Positions 1 through 10,075 of a stretch of DNA of 12,237 nucleotides are shown here, one piece after another; within the stretch, counting starts at the first letter, position 1, and every line of letters starts with the position of its first letter. The notes under the pieces are model-generated. The model ran no database searches. It was not told the DNA's origin and worked only from the letters and a program-made list of their open reading frames with translations. Source of the stretch: Azolla caroliniana (lineage: Eukaryota; Plantae; Polypodiophyta); the NCBI GenBank assembly GCA_043228905.1, contig JBHGNT010001084.1, positions 1 through 12,237 of the forward strand, in the 5' to 3' direction. A program made the position numbers and the translations under genes.

Positions 1-2485
1 AAACAGGTCTATTATGCGTGTTGCAGATCAAGCTTTCCTAGCTAGTCAGAAGGGCAGAGGTGAATGGAACTCTTCTGCTAGCAAGTAGAGATTTGCTAAT
101 AATTCACAAGTGAATGAAAAAAATCAAGGGCAGAAACAAAAACAGTTTTGCAAATATTGTAAAGGAATTTATCACATTATGAAGAACTGTCCAAAATTGT
201 CTGCAAAAGAGGCAAAGAAAAAGGAGGCAGGACTCGTTGTTGTAGAAGTATCTGACCAAAAACGGAGTCTGCAAATCTTGTGCAGAATGAAGAATGGGCA
301 TTTACTACTGTTTGCAGTTTTGACCCATCTTCACTTGAACTATGTATGTTTGTTGTACAATCAGATGTTTGATACTTCGACAGTGGGGCAACCAAACATA
401 TTACCTCGCAGCGCAATTTCTTCACTTCATTGGAACCTGCCCCTACAGGGAATACATGCGCCAACAACTCACCTTATCCAGTTATGGGTGTTGGTAAGAT
501 CATTTTGACTACTACTGATGGTAGTCTTTTCATCTTGTCAGATGCTTTGTTTGTGCCAGGGATCAAGAAAAATTTGTTGTCAGTTTCAACATTAGCCAAG
601 GTTGGCTTGGTTGTTAAATTTGTTGATGACAAGTGTATAGTTCATGATCTGTCCAATGGGGATGTTATTATTGCTTCTGGCATTTTATGTCGTGGGCTGT
701 ATAAGCTCGTAGATTATGAAAGATCTATAAATGATTCAGCCTGTGCAATACAGGATTCTCAGGCTATTTTAGATGCAAAGATTTGGCATGCATGCTTTGG
801 TCATCTGAATTTTGCAAGTTTGCTTCGCCTGCAGAAATCTGAAATGGTGTCCTCCTTGCCCAAACTTGAGGCACCTTGGAAGCATGTTTGGGAAGGCTGT
901 ATTTTGGGCAAAATGCAACATTCATCCTTTCCAAAAGATGGTTCTGTTTGAGCTACGCAGAAATTACAGCTTGTTCATAGTGACGTCTGTGGTCCTATGC
1001 AGACATATTCTCTTGGGAACTATCTTTATTTCGTGACTTTCATTGATGACTTTTCTAGCCATGCATGGGTATATCCATTGAAGGCAAAGTCCGTAGTGTT
1101 TTTGTGCTTCAAACAATTTCTAGCTTTGGCTGAGAATTTGTCAGCATGTAAATGGGCACCCTCCGTTCTGATCGAGGGGGGGAGTATATGTCCTCTGAGT
1201 TTAATGCATTTCTGGCTGAACGTGGGATAAAACATCAATGTATAGTGCCGTATACAACTCAACAAAATGGAGTTGCTGAAAGAAAGAACAGGTCACTCAT
1301 GGAAAAGGCGAGGTGTATGGTCAAAAGTCAGGCCTTACCACATAGTTTCTGGCTTGAGGCTGTCATGTGTGCAGCATATGTACTCAACAGGTGTCCCACT
1401 AAAGCACTGCACTCTATCACTCCATATGAAGCTTGACATGGCCAAAAGCCATTTGTTGCTCATCTGCATGTTTTTGGTTGTTTGGCATATGCATTAGTGC
1501 CTAAACAACAACGCAAAAAATTGGATGATAAAGCAGTGAAATGTATTTTTGTAGGATACAGTTCTGAAAGTAAAGGCTATTGTCTGTATCATCCACAATC
1601 TAAACGCATTTTGGTTAGCCGTGATGTTTTTGTGGAGGATGCAATTCAGCCACTTCTTTCATGTACGAAGGAGACATCAGTTAGCTCCAAAGATGTGTAT
1701 GACACTTTGTTGCCTCTGTTTACAAGTGGACAGTTAAGTGTTGGCACACTTGAGGCACCTTCTCAGCCTTTGGAAGCTACTCATAATGATGCAGATCATT
1801 CTATTTCTGATGCAGACTTACATGATGCACTTATTAATGAGAGGGCTCATATAGAGGAGGCAAAGACTGTGCCTAAATGGCTGTTGCAGACTTTGCAAGA
1901 CAGTAAATTGGATTTTCCTGTCATATCGTACTCGTTCAGGTTATCATAGTGCTTCTTTTGCATCAGATTGTTATGCTATGACTGCCTCTAGTCTTTGCGA
2001 TGAGAATAAGCTTGTTTCTTTTGATGAAGCACAAAATTCAGAAAATTGGATGGCTGCTATGCAATCAGAATATGATGCTATTATGAAGACTGGTACATGG
2101 TCTTTATGTGACTTGCCTCTAGGCAAGAAGGCTATTGGCACTAAGTGGGTATATAAGCTAAAGCGTAAACCTGATGGAACAATAGACAGGTATAAGGCTA
2201 GGCTTGTTGCGAAAGGTTATGCCCAAGAAAAAGGCATTGATTTTGATGAGACCTTTGCTCCCACCTGCCATATGACTACTGTAAAGAATCTAACTCTAGT
2301 AGAGTTGAGTATTCAGAAGCGTAGTGTGTTTGTGTGAGAGTGGGTGAATAAGCAAGAGAAGAACTCAGAGAGAATAACCAGAAAATAGTAAGAAAATACA
2401 CAGTAGGGGGATGACAGCTTATGCACTGACGAGAGCTATATTAATTAACTAAAGATCATCAACTAAACTAAATGGCCAAAGGGGG

Positions 2486-2494
2486 TTTTATATA
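2486..2494 (-). promoter_or_regulatory. Putative TATA box of solo LTR B
   Basis: Minus strand reads GTATATAAAACCCCCTTT in the middle of the LTR. Confidence 0.6.
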
Positions 2495-2602
2495 CAAGTC
2501 CTCAAGGGACTGCCCTATTAAATGTGTTGGTGGAATCTAACCAAGATATCCACTTGAGTACGATTTTGTCATAAGAATATCTAATATTCTTTGACCACAC
2601 TA

Positions 2603-2684
2603 ACACTCGACCACTACACGGATTACAATGAAGTGTGCTCTCACACACTCGACAACTAAACGGAGTACAATAAAGTGTGCTCAC
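2603..2684. repeat. Imperfect ~42-bp tandem duplication in U3 of solo LTR B
   Basis: acactcgaccactacacggattacaatgaagtgtgctctcac / acactcgacaactaaacggagtacaataaagtgtgctcac. Confidence 0.8.
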
Positions 2685-4062
2685 ACACTTTTTCACACAT
2701 CGTCCTTTTCTTCATAAGCACATGTTCACACAAGTTGAGCTTGATTGTCAACAACTACTATTTGTAGCATCTATGCAATTGCAGCTCATCGTGGTTGGAA
2801 TGTACATCAGTTGGATATTAAAACAGCATTTCTAAATGGTGATCTTCATGAGGAAGTGTATGTATCCCAGCCCCGTGCTTTTGTGTAGAAAGGGCATGAA
2901 CACAAAGTGTGCAGGTTGAAAAAGGCATTATATGGCTTGAAGCAAGCACCGCGTTCTTGGTATGAAAAGATACATGCCTATTTGATTGCATTTGGGTTTG
3001 AGAATAGTCCAACTGAAAGCACCTTATATGTTAAAGCGTGCTGGTGATGTATTTCTGATCATAGTTGTGTATGTCAATGATATGTTGCTCACTGGTCCCA
3101 ATGAGAAGCATATAGCTAACTTTAAGGCCAATTTGCATGCCTCTTTTGAGATGTCCGATTTGGGACATTTGCATCATTATTTGGGCATTCAATTCATGCA
3201 AGTTGATGGTGGAATAGCTTTGTGTCAATCGAAATACAATGACACATTATTACAGCGTTTTGGCCTTGAAGACTGTAAACCTATTGCCACTCCCATGGAG
3301 ACAGGTTTACGTTTGAGCCTTCATGATGCTAGAGATGCATTTGATGCTGTTCTCTATCAGCAGGCAGTTGGATGCTTGATTTACTTATGCATAACCCGAC
3401 CTGACATTCAGTTTGCTGTCTCTCAGATGAACAGGTTTATGCATTGGCCAGGAGTTAAGCATTGGCAGGCAGTTAAGCGCATCTTTCGCTACTTGAGTGG
3501 TACCCGGTCACTTGGGTTGTTTTATCCCAAGGGGGGATCACTACCCTTTTTCTGACTCTGATTGGGCTGGTCGTTATGACACTCGTGTGTCCACAAGTGG
3601 TTTTTGCTTCATGCTTGGTAGCTCATGCATATCTTGGTTGAGCAAGAAGCAGCCTATTGTGGCCGCTTCTAGTTGTGAGGCTGAGTATAGGGCAGCTTTC
3701 ACAGCTACAGTTGAGTGTGTGTGGCTCAGACGCCTTTTAGCTGATTTGGGTGTTGGTCAGTCTTTTGCTACCACCATCTTCACTGACAGTCAAAGCGCAA
3801 TGGCAGTTGCAAGGAACCCTAAGCACATTGAGGTGCATTATCACTATGTCAAGGAAAGGTTCTCCACTGGAGAGATCAGTTTGGCTTATGTACCCATGCA
3901 AGAGAACATTGCAGACCTCTTCACAAAGGCTCTGCCTAGGGAGAAGTTTGAAGCTTTCCGCAAAGCTTTAGGCCTAATCCCATTTGTGGATTCATCTCTA
4001 TCCACATAGCTTGGCATTAGTTTAACCATGAGTGTCAGCTCTTTGTTCACCGCATCACTCCC

Positions 4063-4070
4063 AAGGGGGA
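4063..4070 (+). promoter_or_regulatory. Polypurine tract (PPT) of element A
   Basis: AAGGGGGA located about 55 bp after the RNase H stop and 2 nt before TGTTGACA. Confidence 0.8.
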
Positions 4071-4072
4071 TT

Positions 4073-4189
4073 TGTTGACATATTTTGGTAGTGATGTGTG
4101 TGAACACACTTAGGACAGTGATGTGTAACACTCAGGATAGTGATGTGTGTGAACACATTTAGGACAGAATGTATGAACACACTTAGGAC
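4073..4189 (+). repeat. Start of 3' LTR (U3) of element A, with four 22-27-bp tandem units
   Basis: Starts TGTTGACA. Units of consensus AGTGATGTGTGTGAACACACTTAGGAC at 4090-4116, 4117-4138, 4139-4165 and 4166-4189. Sequence character changes abruptly afterwards, so the right boundary is uncertain. Confidence 0.75.
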
Positions 4190-4971
4190 TACAAGGGCAT
4201 TTTTTTCCTCTTTAGGAGGTTTCTTCCCCGTCCATAAAAACTCTCATAACCCTAAAGTGGTGAAGTTTTTGGGGATTCAAAATAAGAACCCAACAACATT
4301 AGGAGTAATATCTTCCCTTTTAGGAAGTCGGTGACCACCTCTCTAAGGTTAATCTCTTGAATGCCTCCAAACTAGGAAATTCTCCCTTTTTCGTTATGAG
4401 AATTCCTACTTTAGATTTTAGGGATAAACATCCCTTTTTTGGAAGTCGGTGGGGATAGTAGGTGACTTCCTTCAGAATCACTGTACTAACCAAATAATGG
4501 TGATGATCATCCCAATAATGATGATCTCTTCACTCATCATCCCAATATTCCTCCCATCCATCTCATACTCATGATCCCCTCTCAAACACTTTTTCTTTTT
4601 CTTTTCTTTCTCCTTCGCATCGATTAATAAATGATGATGATCTTATCCTTATAATCAACTATATAATCATCCATAGAATTCAAACACAGCCGTACTGATG
4701 GATGATTATGGCCCTTTGATATAATCATAGGGTGGATGATCAATTGATTATTGACATTCAACGATCATCACCCTAATTCTATCGGCCAATCTTAATGACA
4801 TTGATTACCAATGATCATTATCCATATATATGATGATCATCAATTATTTCATCGAAAATTAGATGATCAAGCATCACCTATAATATTTTAGGTGGCCGAC
4901 CTCTTGATATGCGATCTCCACATGTAAGGCCGCCTCATGGGCATGGCCATCTTGATCAAGAGGGGTATACA
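4190..4971. mobile_element. Probable fragment of another LTR (one terminus at 4971), family unknown
   Basis: Ends in AGAGGGGTATACA (minus strand TGTATACCCCTC, resembling an LTR terminus). Non-coding, with a repeated TCCCTTTT..GGAAGTCGGTG (about 4315-4333 and 4431-4451) and many GATGATCAT motifs. No second terminus or TSD found. Confidence 0.4.
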
Positions 4972-5404
4972 AAAAATAAATAAAAGAATATTTATGGTGC
5001 TTTTATTTTAATAAATATATATTGAATATCTAAACATATAAACACATATAATCGTAATAATAACAATAATTTTATAGAACTCTTTTTTTCTTTTACTTAA
5101 CCCCCTGCTTTTTGGTCCATTAGTGGATTGAACTCAAAGCCTTTCTCAAGGATATGACATGAATATACTAACCAACCCATCACACAGATTTTGATGTAAA
5201 ACCCTCAATATTTTTATTATACATAACGCCATACAATACATTGCACATCAACACATCACCGCAAACAGACTCTCTGTGGCATTTTCGACACTCCCCCAAT
5301 CCATTGTTTAACATACATTCATCAGTAAAAAAAATATCATATTTTCCCGTACTATAGCACACAACGCGAATCCAATCAAACATTATTTTTTTAGGATTAA
5401 AACC

Positions 5405-5416
5405 GCTCTGATACCA
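5405..5416 (-). promoter_or_regulatory. Primer-binding site (initiator tRNA-Met) of element C
   Basis: Plus strand GCTCTGATACCA equals minus strand TGGTATCAGAGC, a perfect canonical plant PBS, 2 nt from the LTR end at 5419. Confidence 0.92.
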
Positions 5417-5418
5417 TA

Positions 5419-5785
5419 TGTAATAACCAAGATCATTAATCCTAAAATAAAGACATAAGTGACACAATCCGCCCCCGCGCCAGAGTCGACAACACAGACG
5501 AGGAATCCCGATCTGTCCCATACCAGCCAAGATCTCCACGTCAGGACCTTGGTAGATGACTAGTCCACATCAAAGAGAGCTTCATCAAAACCACTCATGG
5601 GGCTCCCCATGACTAAGGAGAGTATCCCCTATTTATAGGACCTAGGCCATGTAATGACATCTACCTGACCAATCATGTGTGGGGTACCCAATGACACACA
5701 TTAGGTCAGTCCAATAAAGCCGACGACTCAGATATTACAGTATGATGGCCCCCAAATAAGCATGTCTAAACCAATGAACATTACA
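5419..5785 (-). mobile_element. 5' LTR of orphan element C (~367 bp)
   Basis: Terminal inverted repeat TGTAAT...ATTACA, adjacent Met PBS, and minus-strand TATAAATA at 5630-5637. A second ATTACA at 5734-5739 makes the outer end slightly uncertain. Confidence 0.8.
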
Positions 5786-6209
5786 TGTTGTGGTTGTATT
5801 GTTGTCCTTCAACAACTTCTCTCTATCTCTAGAGTTTTATCAAGAACAAACTCAAGTATCATTGATCTTCATACTTGATTACCTTGGCAAGTGGTATTTA
5901 TATTTCATTATCATCGTTTGAAGAGGCAGAGGTAACTCCATCTTAATTCATAAAAATGAGCACAAGAGCGAACATATTGTTTCTCCAATTCCACACCCCG
6001 ATGACACAATTGGCAGATCATTCTTCCATATATCTTTGTGCATATCTTCTATCTCAATCACCAACTGATGTGAAGAGGTTCTGAGAAACCCTATCATGAG
6101 ATAGATGTGTATCCATATAAGAAAGCCTCATAATAGATCCATCATTTGACTGTGTAGAAAAATGGCATTATAATCAGCCATCCTCCTACCAAGAGTTGGC
6201 GTGGGGCAG

Positions 6210-6644
6210 TGAGAAAAGCTGTTAATAGCAGCAGCGGAAGAGTTAGAACAAAATAGACACAGCCAAGCTGTGAGAAGGCTGTTAGACAGCAGTAGAAAAA
6301 ATGGTTGCAAAGAGTAGAGACACAGCCAAAGAGTTGTGCTTGTTTCTAAGTAGCAGCAGAAAATAATCTTCTTACAAAAGAGGCTGGTATAAGCCTATTT
6401 ATACAAAATTGGGAATAGTTGTTTGGTAGTTAAGAGACTCTTGTACTACCAAACAGGTACAATAAACTAGGAATAAAAAGGGAATATCTTGCAAAAAGGG
6501 GAAGAGACAAAAGGCATTTAAAGCATTGCAGATTCTAGAGAGAGAAGGCATTTAAAGAGTTGCAGATTCTAGAGAGAGAAGAATCTGGGAAGAGAGAGAA
6601 TGTAGTACAGAGATAATAAAGATGAAAGAGAGTGCAGGTCTGGA
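6210..6644 (-). repeat. 3' LTR of element D (lacks the first 7 nt, TGTTGGG)
   Basis: Colinear with 10156-10590, with 3 substitutions (6214/10160, 6417/10363, 6565/10511) and no indels. TATAAATA on the minus strand at 6396-6403. Confidence 0.95.
6511..6578. repeat. 34-bp tandem duplication in U3 of D LTR (also 10457-10524)
   Basis: aaggcatttaaagcattgcagattctagagagag / aaggcatttaaagagttgcagattctagagagag. Confidence 0.9.
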
Positions 6645-6740
6645 ACTGCCACCCTCCAACACCTCTCAGCTCCAGAACGACCATCAAACATTGAGTCGAC
6701 CGAGGAGCTGATTAATGGCATGCCTTGGAAGCAGGAAAAA

Positions 6741-9700
6741 AAAAACATAGAGATTGTTGTCAATATAACAGTTCTGAAACCCAAGAGAGAGAAAGAAGGT
6801 GTAAATTTTGTCATGCCAAGCTTTGGGAACTTGCTTTAAGCCATACAAAGCTTTGTGGAATCTGAGACCATGTTTTTCTGCTCTGAAATCTCAAAACCTA
6901 GAGGCTGTTAAACATCAACCTCCTCTTTCAAGTCACAATTAAGGCAGGCTGACTTGACATTCATTTGAAAGATGGGCCATTTGTTGTGAGCAGCAAGTGC
7001 AAGCGCACATCGAATAGAGGTGTACCTTGCTGTTGGAGCAAAAGTTTCCTCGTAATCCACTCCTTTTGACTTATGAGTAGCCTTTTGCAACTAAACGTGC
7101 CTTGCGCTTATCCAGAGTACCATCAGCATGGTACTTGGTCTTGAAAATCCATTTCAGTCCAATGACTTGTCGATGTTGAGGCCGTGGAACCAGCTCCCAT
7201 GTATGATTCCGCTCACTGGAATCAAGTTCAACTTCCATTGCTGCTTTCCACTTTGGAAGAACAAGGGTCTCTTTTGCTGTTGTGGGTTCTTGTGATTGCA
7301 CAACAGTGCACAGTAAGGCAAAGTGCATGAGTGAGGAGGCCATTGTGACTTACGTGTTCGAGAACCAGATGTATACTCATGAAGTTCAGCATCGGAGAGA
7401 TGAGAATCACGAATGGTGGCTTGAAGCCACTTGGGAAGTGGTGGAAGTTGGTTTGTAGAGGGAGGGGAAACAAGTGGAGTTGAGGGAGGATTGAATTGTT
7501 GGCGAAGTTAGAGATTGAGTAGGAGATGCGGGGCTTGAAGATGAGACATCTTCGTCTAAAATAGGAGATTCCGGAGGAGCTGGGATTTCAACCATCAACT
7601 CAGGTGAAATCCTAGAATCATCCGGCTGAGACTCCACAAAATGAACATCCCTAGAGATGACTAGGGACTTTTGACTCTAAATCCCATAACCTGTATGCTT
7701 TAGATTGTGTGTTGTAACCAAGAAATTTGCATTTCTTGGCTTTGGACTCAAATTTCGTCCTTTTATGATCTGAAATGTGAACATAAGCATCACAACCAAA
7801 GACTTTAAAATGAGATAATGAGGGCTTTACATCTGTAAGTGCTTCTACAGGCATCATTCCAGCAACTGCTTTTGTTGGGCAGCAGTTGATGATGTAGACT
7901 GCTGTGCTGACAGCTTCACCCCAAAACGAGAGAGGAAGATCAGATTGAGATAACATCGTACGAGCCATCTCTTGGACTGTCCGGTTCTTTCTTTCCATGA
8001 CACCATTTTGTTGAGGAGTATTGGGTGTAGAAAATTGGCGAGCAATGCCTCGTTGAGAGCAGAAATGGTGGAAAGCTTGAGAGATAAACTCTCCACCATT
8101 GTCCGACCTGATCTTTTGAACTTTCTTCGATGTCTCGTTCTCCACGAGAACTACCCATTCTTGAAATTTTGTGAAGGCTTGCGATTTTTCTACAAGAAAA
8201 TAAACCCAAACCTTGCGGGGAAAATCATAAATGATGAGCATGAAGTAGTGTGCACCACCAAGAGTAGTGGTTTTCATGGGACCACAAAGATCCATGTGCA
8301 CTAACTCCAAGATAGATGTTGCACGGTGAGTGGTTTCATGAGGGAAAGGCTCTCGATGTTGCTTGCCATGAAGACAAGCAACACATGGGGTATTGGGAGT
8401 TTTGAAAATAGGAAGACCCTCAACTAGTTGGGAAGAGGAGAGCTTTTGAAGAGAATCATAGTTGAGATGACCAAACCTAGCATGCCACAACGTGGGATCT
8501 TCTTGTGCCACCAACGCATGAGAGCCTTGAAGAAGATGAAGAAGATGAGATTTGGACTTTTCCAAGGGGCTATGGGAACTTTTCAGGCAGTATAAACCCC
8601 CTTCTTGTGTGCTACTAGCTACAATTTGTAGGTTGTAGGTGTCAATGAATTCCAAAACTGAGCTATCAAAGTAGACTCCATAACCTTGCTTAGTGATTTG
8701 GTAGACTGAAAGTAGGTTGGCAGAGATGTGAGGCACATGTAGCACATCTTGAAGAATGACAGGTTCTTCATTTGAAGAATTGTTAAGAAACACATTACCC
8801 ACACATGAAGCCTCAATGCTTGAGGCATCTCCTATGGAGATTTGGGAGGAGCTTGGTTTCACATCATGCAAAATGGATTTGTCATAGGTCATGTGTGAAG
8901 TAGCACCACTATCTACTAACCAATCATCAATGGTTGAGGTAGTTGGTCCAGCCAAATGAAGTATGTTCCTCAATGCCAAGGAAAACTGTTTCTTTGGTTG
9001 AGTGGGCTGAGTGGGCCGAGTTGGATTTCGGTGTAGGTTGATTTTCGGTAGAAGAAGAGTTCTTAGCATTGTCCCTTTTCTTTTTCCGACAATCCGGCTG
9101 AATGTGACCTTTATAGTCACAATAATGACAAGTGAGCTCCTTGTAGGCTGGGTTGTTTGGTGGTCTTGGATTGGGTTTGTTGTAGGAGTTACCATTTTGC
9201 TTCCACTTGCCTTTACTTGTCGCATGTAGAAGCGTCTCATTGGAAGTTTGAGCACTTTTCTTACTTGTTGCCCTATCTTGTAGCATACCAAGAAATGTAT
9301 TCATATCAGGTGTGTTGGGAAGAAGAGAAATTGTGTCACAAAATGCTGAGAATGACTCAGGGAACTTTATCATTAGACGATGCACAAACTCAACTTCAGT
9401 TGACTTGCTTCCCAAAGAAACTAGTTCCTTTTGGAGAGTAACAAATTGCGTTATTTGATCCATGATGTTGGGAGTGTCATGAATCTTGAGATTAGCTAGT
9501 TGGTTCTCAATAGCTATCATTTGAGCATGATTAGCTCGATGGTACCTCTTTTTGATGGATGTCCATAGTTCATTGGCTGTCTCTTCATCTGCATCTTGAA
9601 ATTGACGAGCGATGCTCGGTTTATATTAAACATGAGGAAAGCATGGGCGCGAGAATCCTTATCTAGCCACACTTCAATCTCAGTGTTAGATGAGCCAGCA

Positions 9701-9891
9701 ACTGATTTGGTTGAAGAGGATGAAGTTACTGGTGGTTTCTTGTCACTACTATTGACTACATTCCCTAAACGATGGTATTGTAGCATGGTCTTTATTTGTA
9801 GCTCCCAATCCAAGTAATTGTTCCCATCCAAGATGGACTCTTTGGGGAGTTGGGGAATGGTTGATGAAACAATCGTGGCATGTGAGGCCAT
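6741..9891 (-). pseudogene. Disabled copia gag-pol of element D, truncated within RT
   Basis: ATG at 9891. Gag LDGNNYLDW and knuckle CHYCDYKGHIQPDC (9089-9130). Protease WLVDSGATSHM (~8890-8925). Integrase [71 protein letters not shown], ending at NLYVF (~6741). No YVDD motif or RNase H. About 7 frameshifts and 2 in-frame stops by manual reading. Confidence 0.95.
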
Positions 9892-10059
9892 GGATATACT
9901 CCTCTTGAGCTACAACTGGACAATTTACAGCAGTTGTAAGTAGATGCTCAGGGTCTTTCTACTTCTCCCTAGATGCTAGGTGAGGCTCAGATGAGGGGGA
10001 AAAAAAAAGAACCTCCTCTGTAGGTTGGGAGGGTGGCTGCTAAGAGAACCTCCTCTATA

Positions 10060-10075
10060 GGGTTGGGAGGGAGGG
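10060..10075 (+). other. Canonical G-quadruplex motif in the 5' UTR region of D (strand antisense to the element RNA)
   Basis: GGGTTGGGAGGGAGGG: four G3 tracts with loops of 2, 1 and 1 nt. Confidence 0.7.

Larger units (their letters stand above)
2280..2753 (-). mobile_element. Solo LTR B (474 bp) nested in the RT of element A
   Basis: TG...CA termini (minus strand TGTTGACA...CTTTACA), flanked by ACTAC at 2275-2279 and 2754-2758. Removing the insert and one TSD copy restores the RT frame: ...[48 protein letters not shown] lies on the minus strand at 2486-2494. Confidence 0.93.
1..4009 (+). pseudogene. Disabled copia gag-pol polyprotein of element A (frameshifts, stops, interrupted by solo LTR 2280-2753)
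   Basis: Gag knuckle CKYCKGIYHIMKNC (CX2CX4HX4C, 149-190). Protease *YFDSGATKH (370-399, TGG>TGA). Integrase [93 protein letters not shown] (YVDD mutated). RNase H SDSDWAG, EAEYRAA, TDSQSA, ADLFTKAL, with stop at 4007-4009. The motifs are spread over many short ORFs. Confidence 0.95.
1..4189 (+). mobile_element. Ty1/copia LTR retrotransposon A (5' part outside window, 3' LTR apparently truncated; decayed)
   Basis: Domain order is gag zinc knuckle, protease, integrase, RT, RNase H (copia order). This is followed by the purine tract AAGGGGGA (4063-4070) and a TGTTGACA LTR start at 4073. Confidence 0.95.

Noticed and set aside
4090-4189. Short repeated units resembling a CRISPR array
   Set aside because: The units are directly adjacent with no unique spacers, lie inside an LTR U3, and there are no cas genes in this eukaryotic context.
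5180-5539. 119-aa minus-strand ORF
   Set aside because: It runs through LTR C, the PBS and the leader, has no recognisable domain, and is likely spurious.
5786-5790. TGTTG flank of LTR C matching TGTTG at 4073 as a possible TSD
   Set aside because: The 4073 copy is the PPT-adjacent start of A's LTR, and there is no second C LTR next to it.
6525-6585. Heat-shock element-like TTCTAGAG in the U3 repeats of D
   Set aside because: Only imperfect nGAAn units are present, with no three alternating perfect units.
6646-6661. Inverted similarity between the filler (CTGCCACCCTCCAAC) and the D leader at 10024-10039
   Set aside because: The match is only about 15 nt with a mismatch and a gap in low-complexity sequence, and it does not extend.
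8927-8990. Programmed gag-pol frameshift in D
   Set aside because: Plant copia elements usually have a single ORF, there is no clear slippery heptamer, and many other random frameshifts are present.
104-9817. Numerous short antisense or alternate-frame ORFs overlapping gag-pol (e.g. 177-467, 1026-1265, 7972-8304, 9157-9441)
   Set aside because: These are shadow ORFs of retrotransposon coding sequence with no independent motifs.
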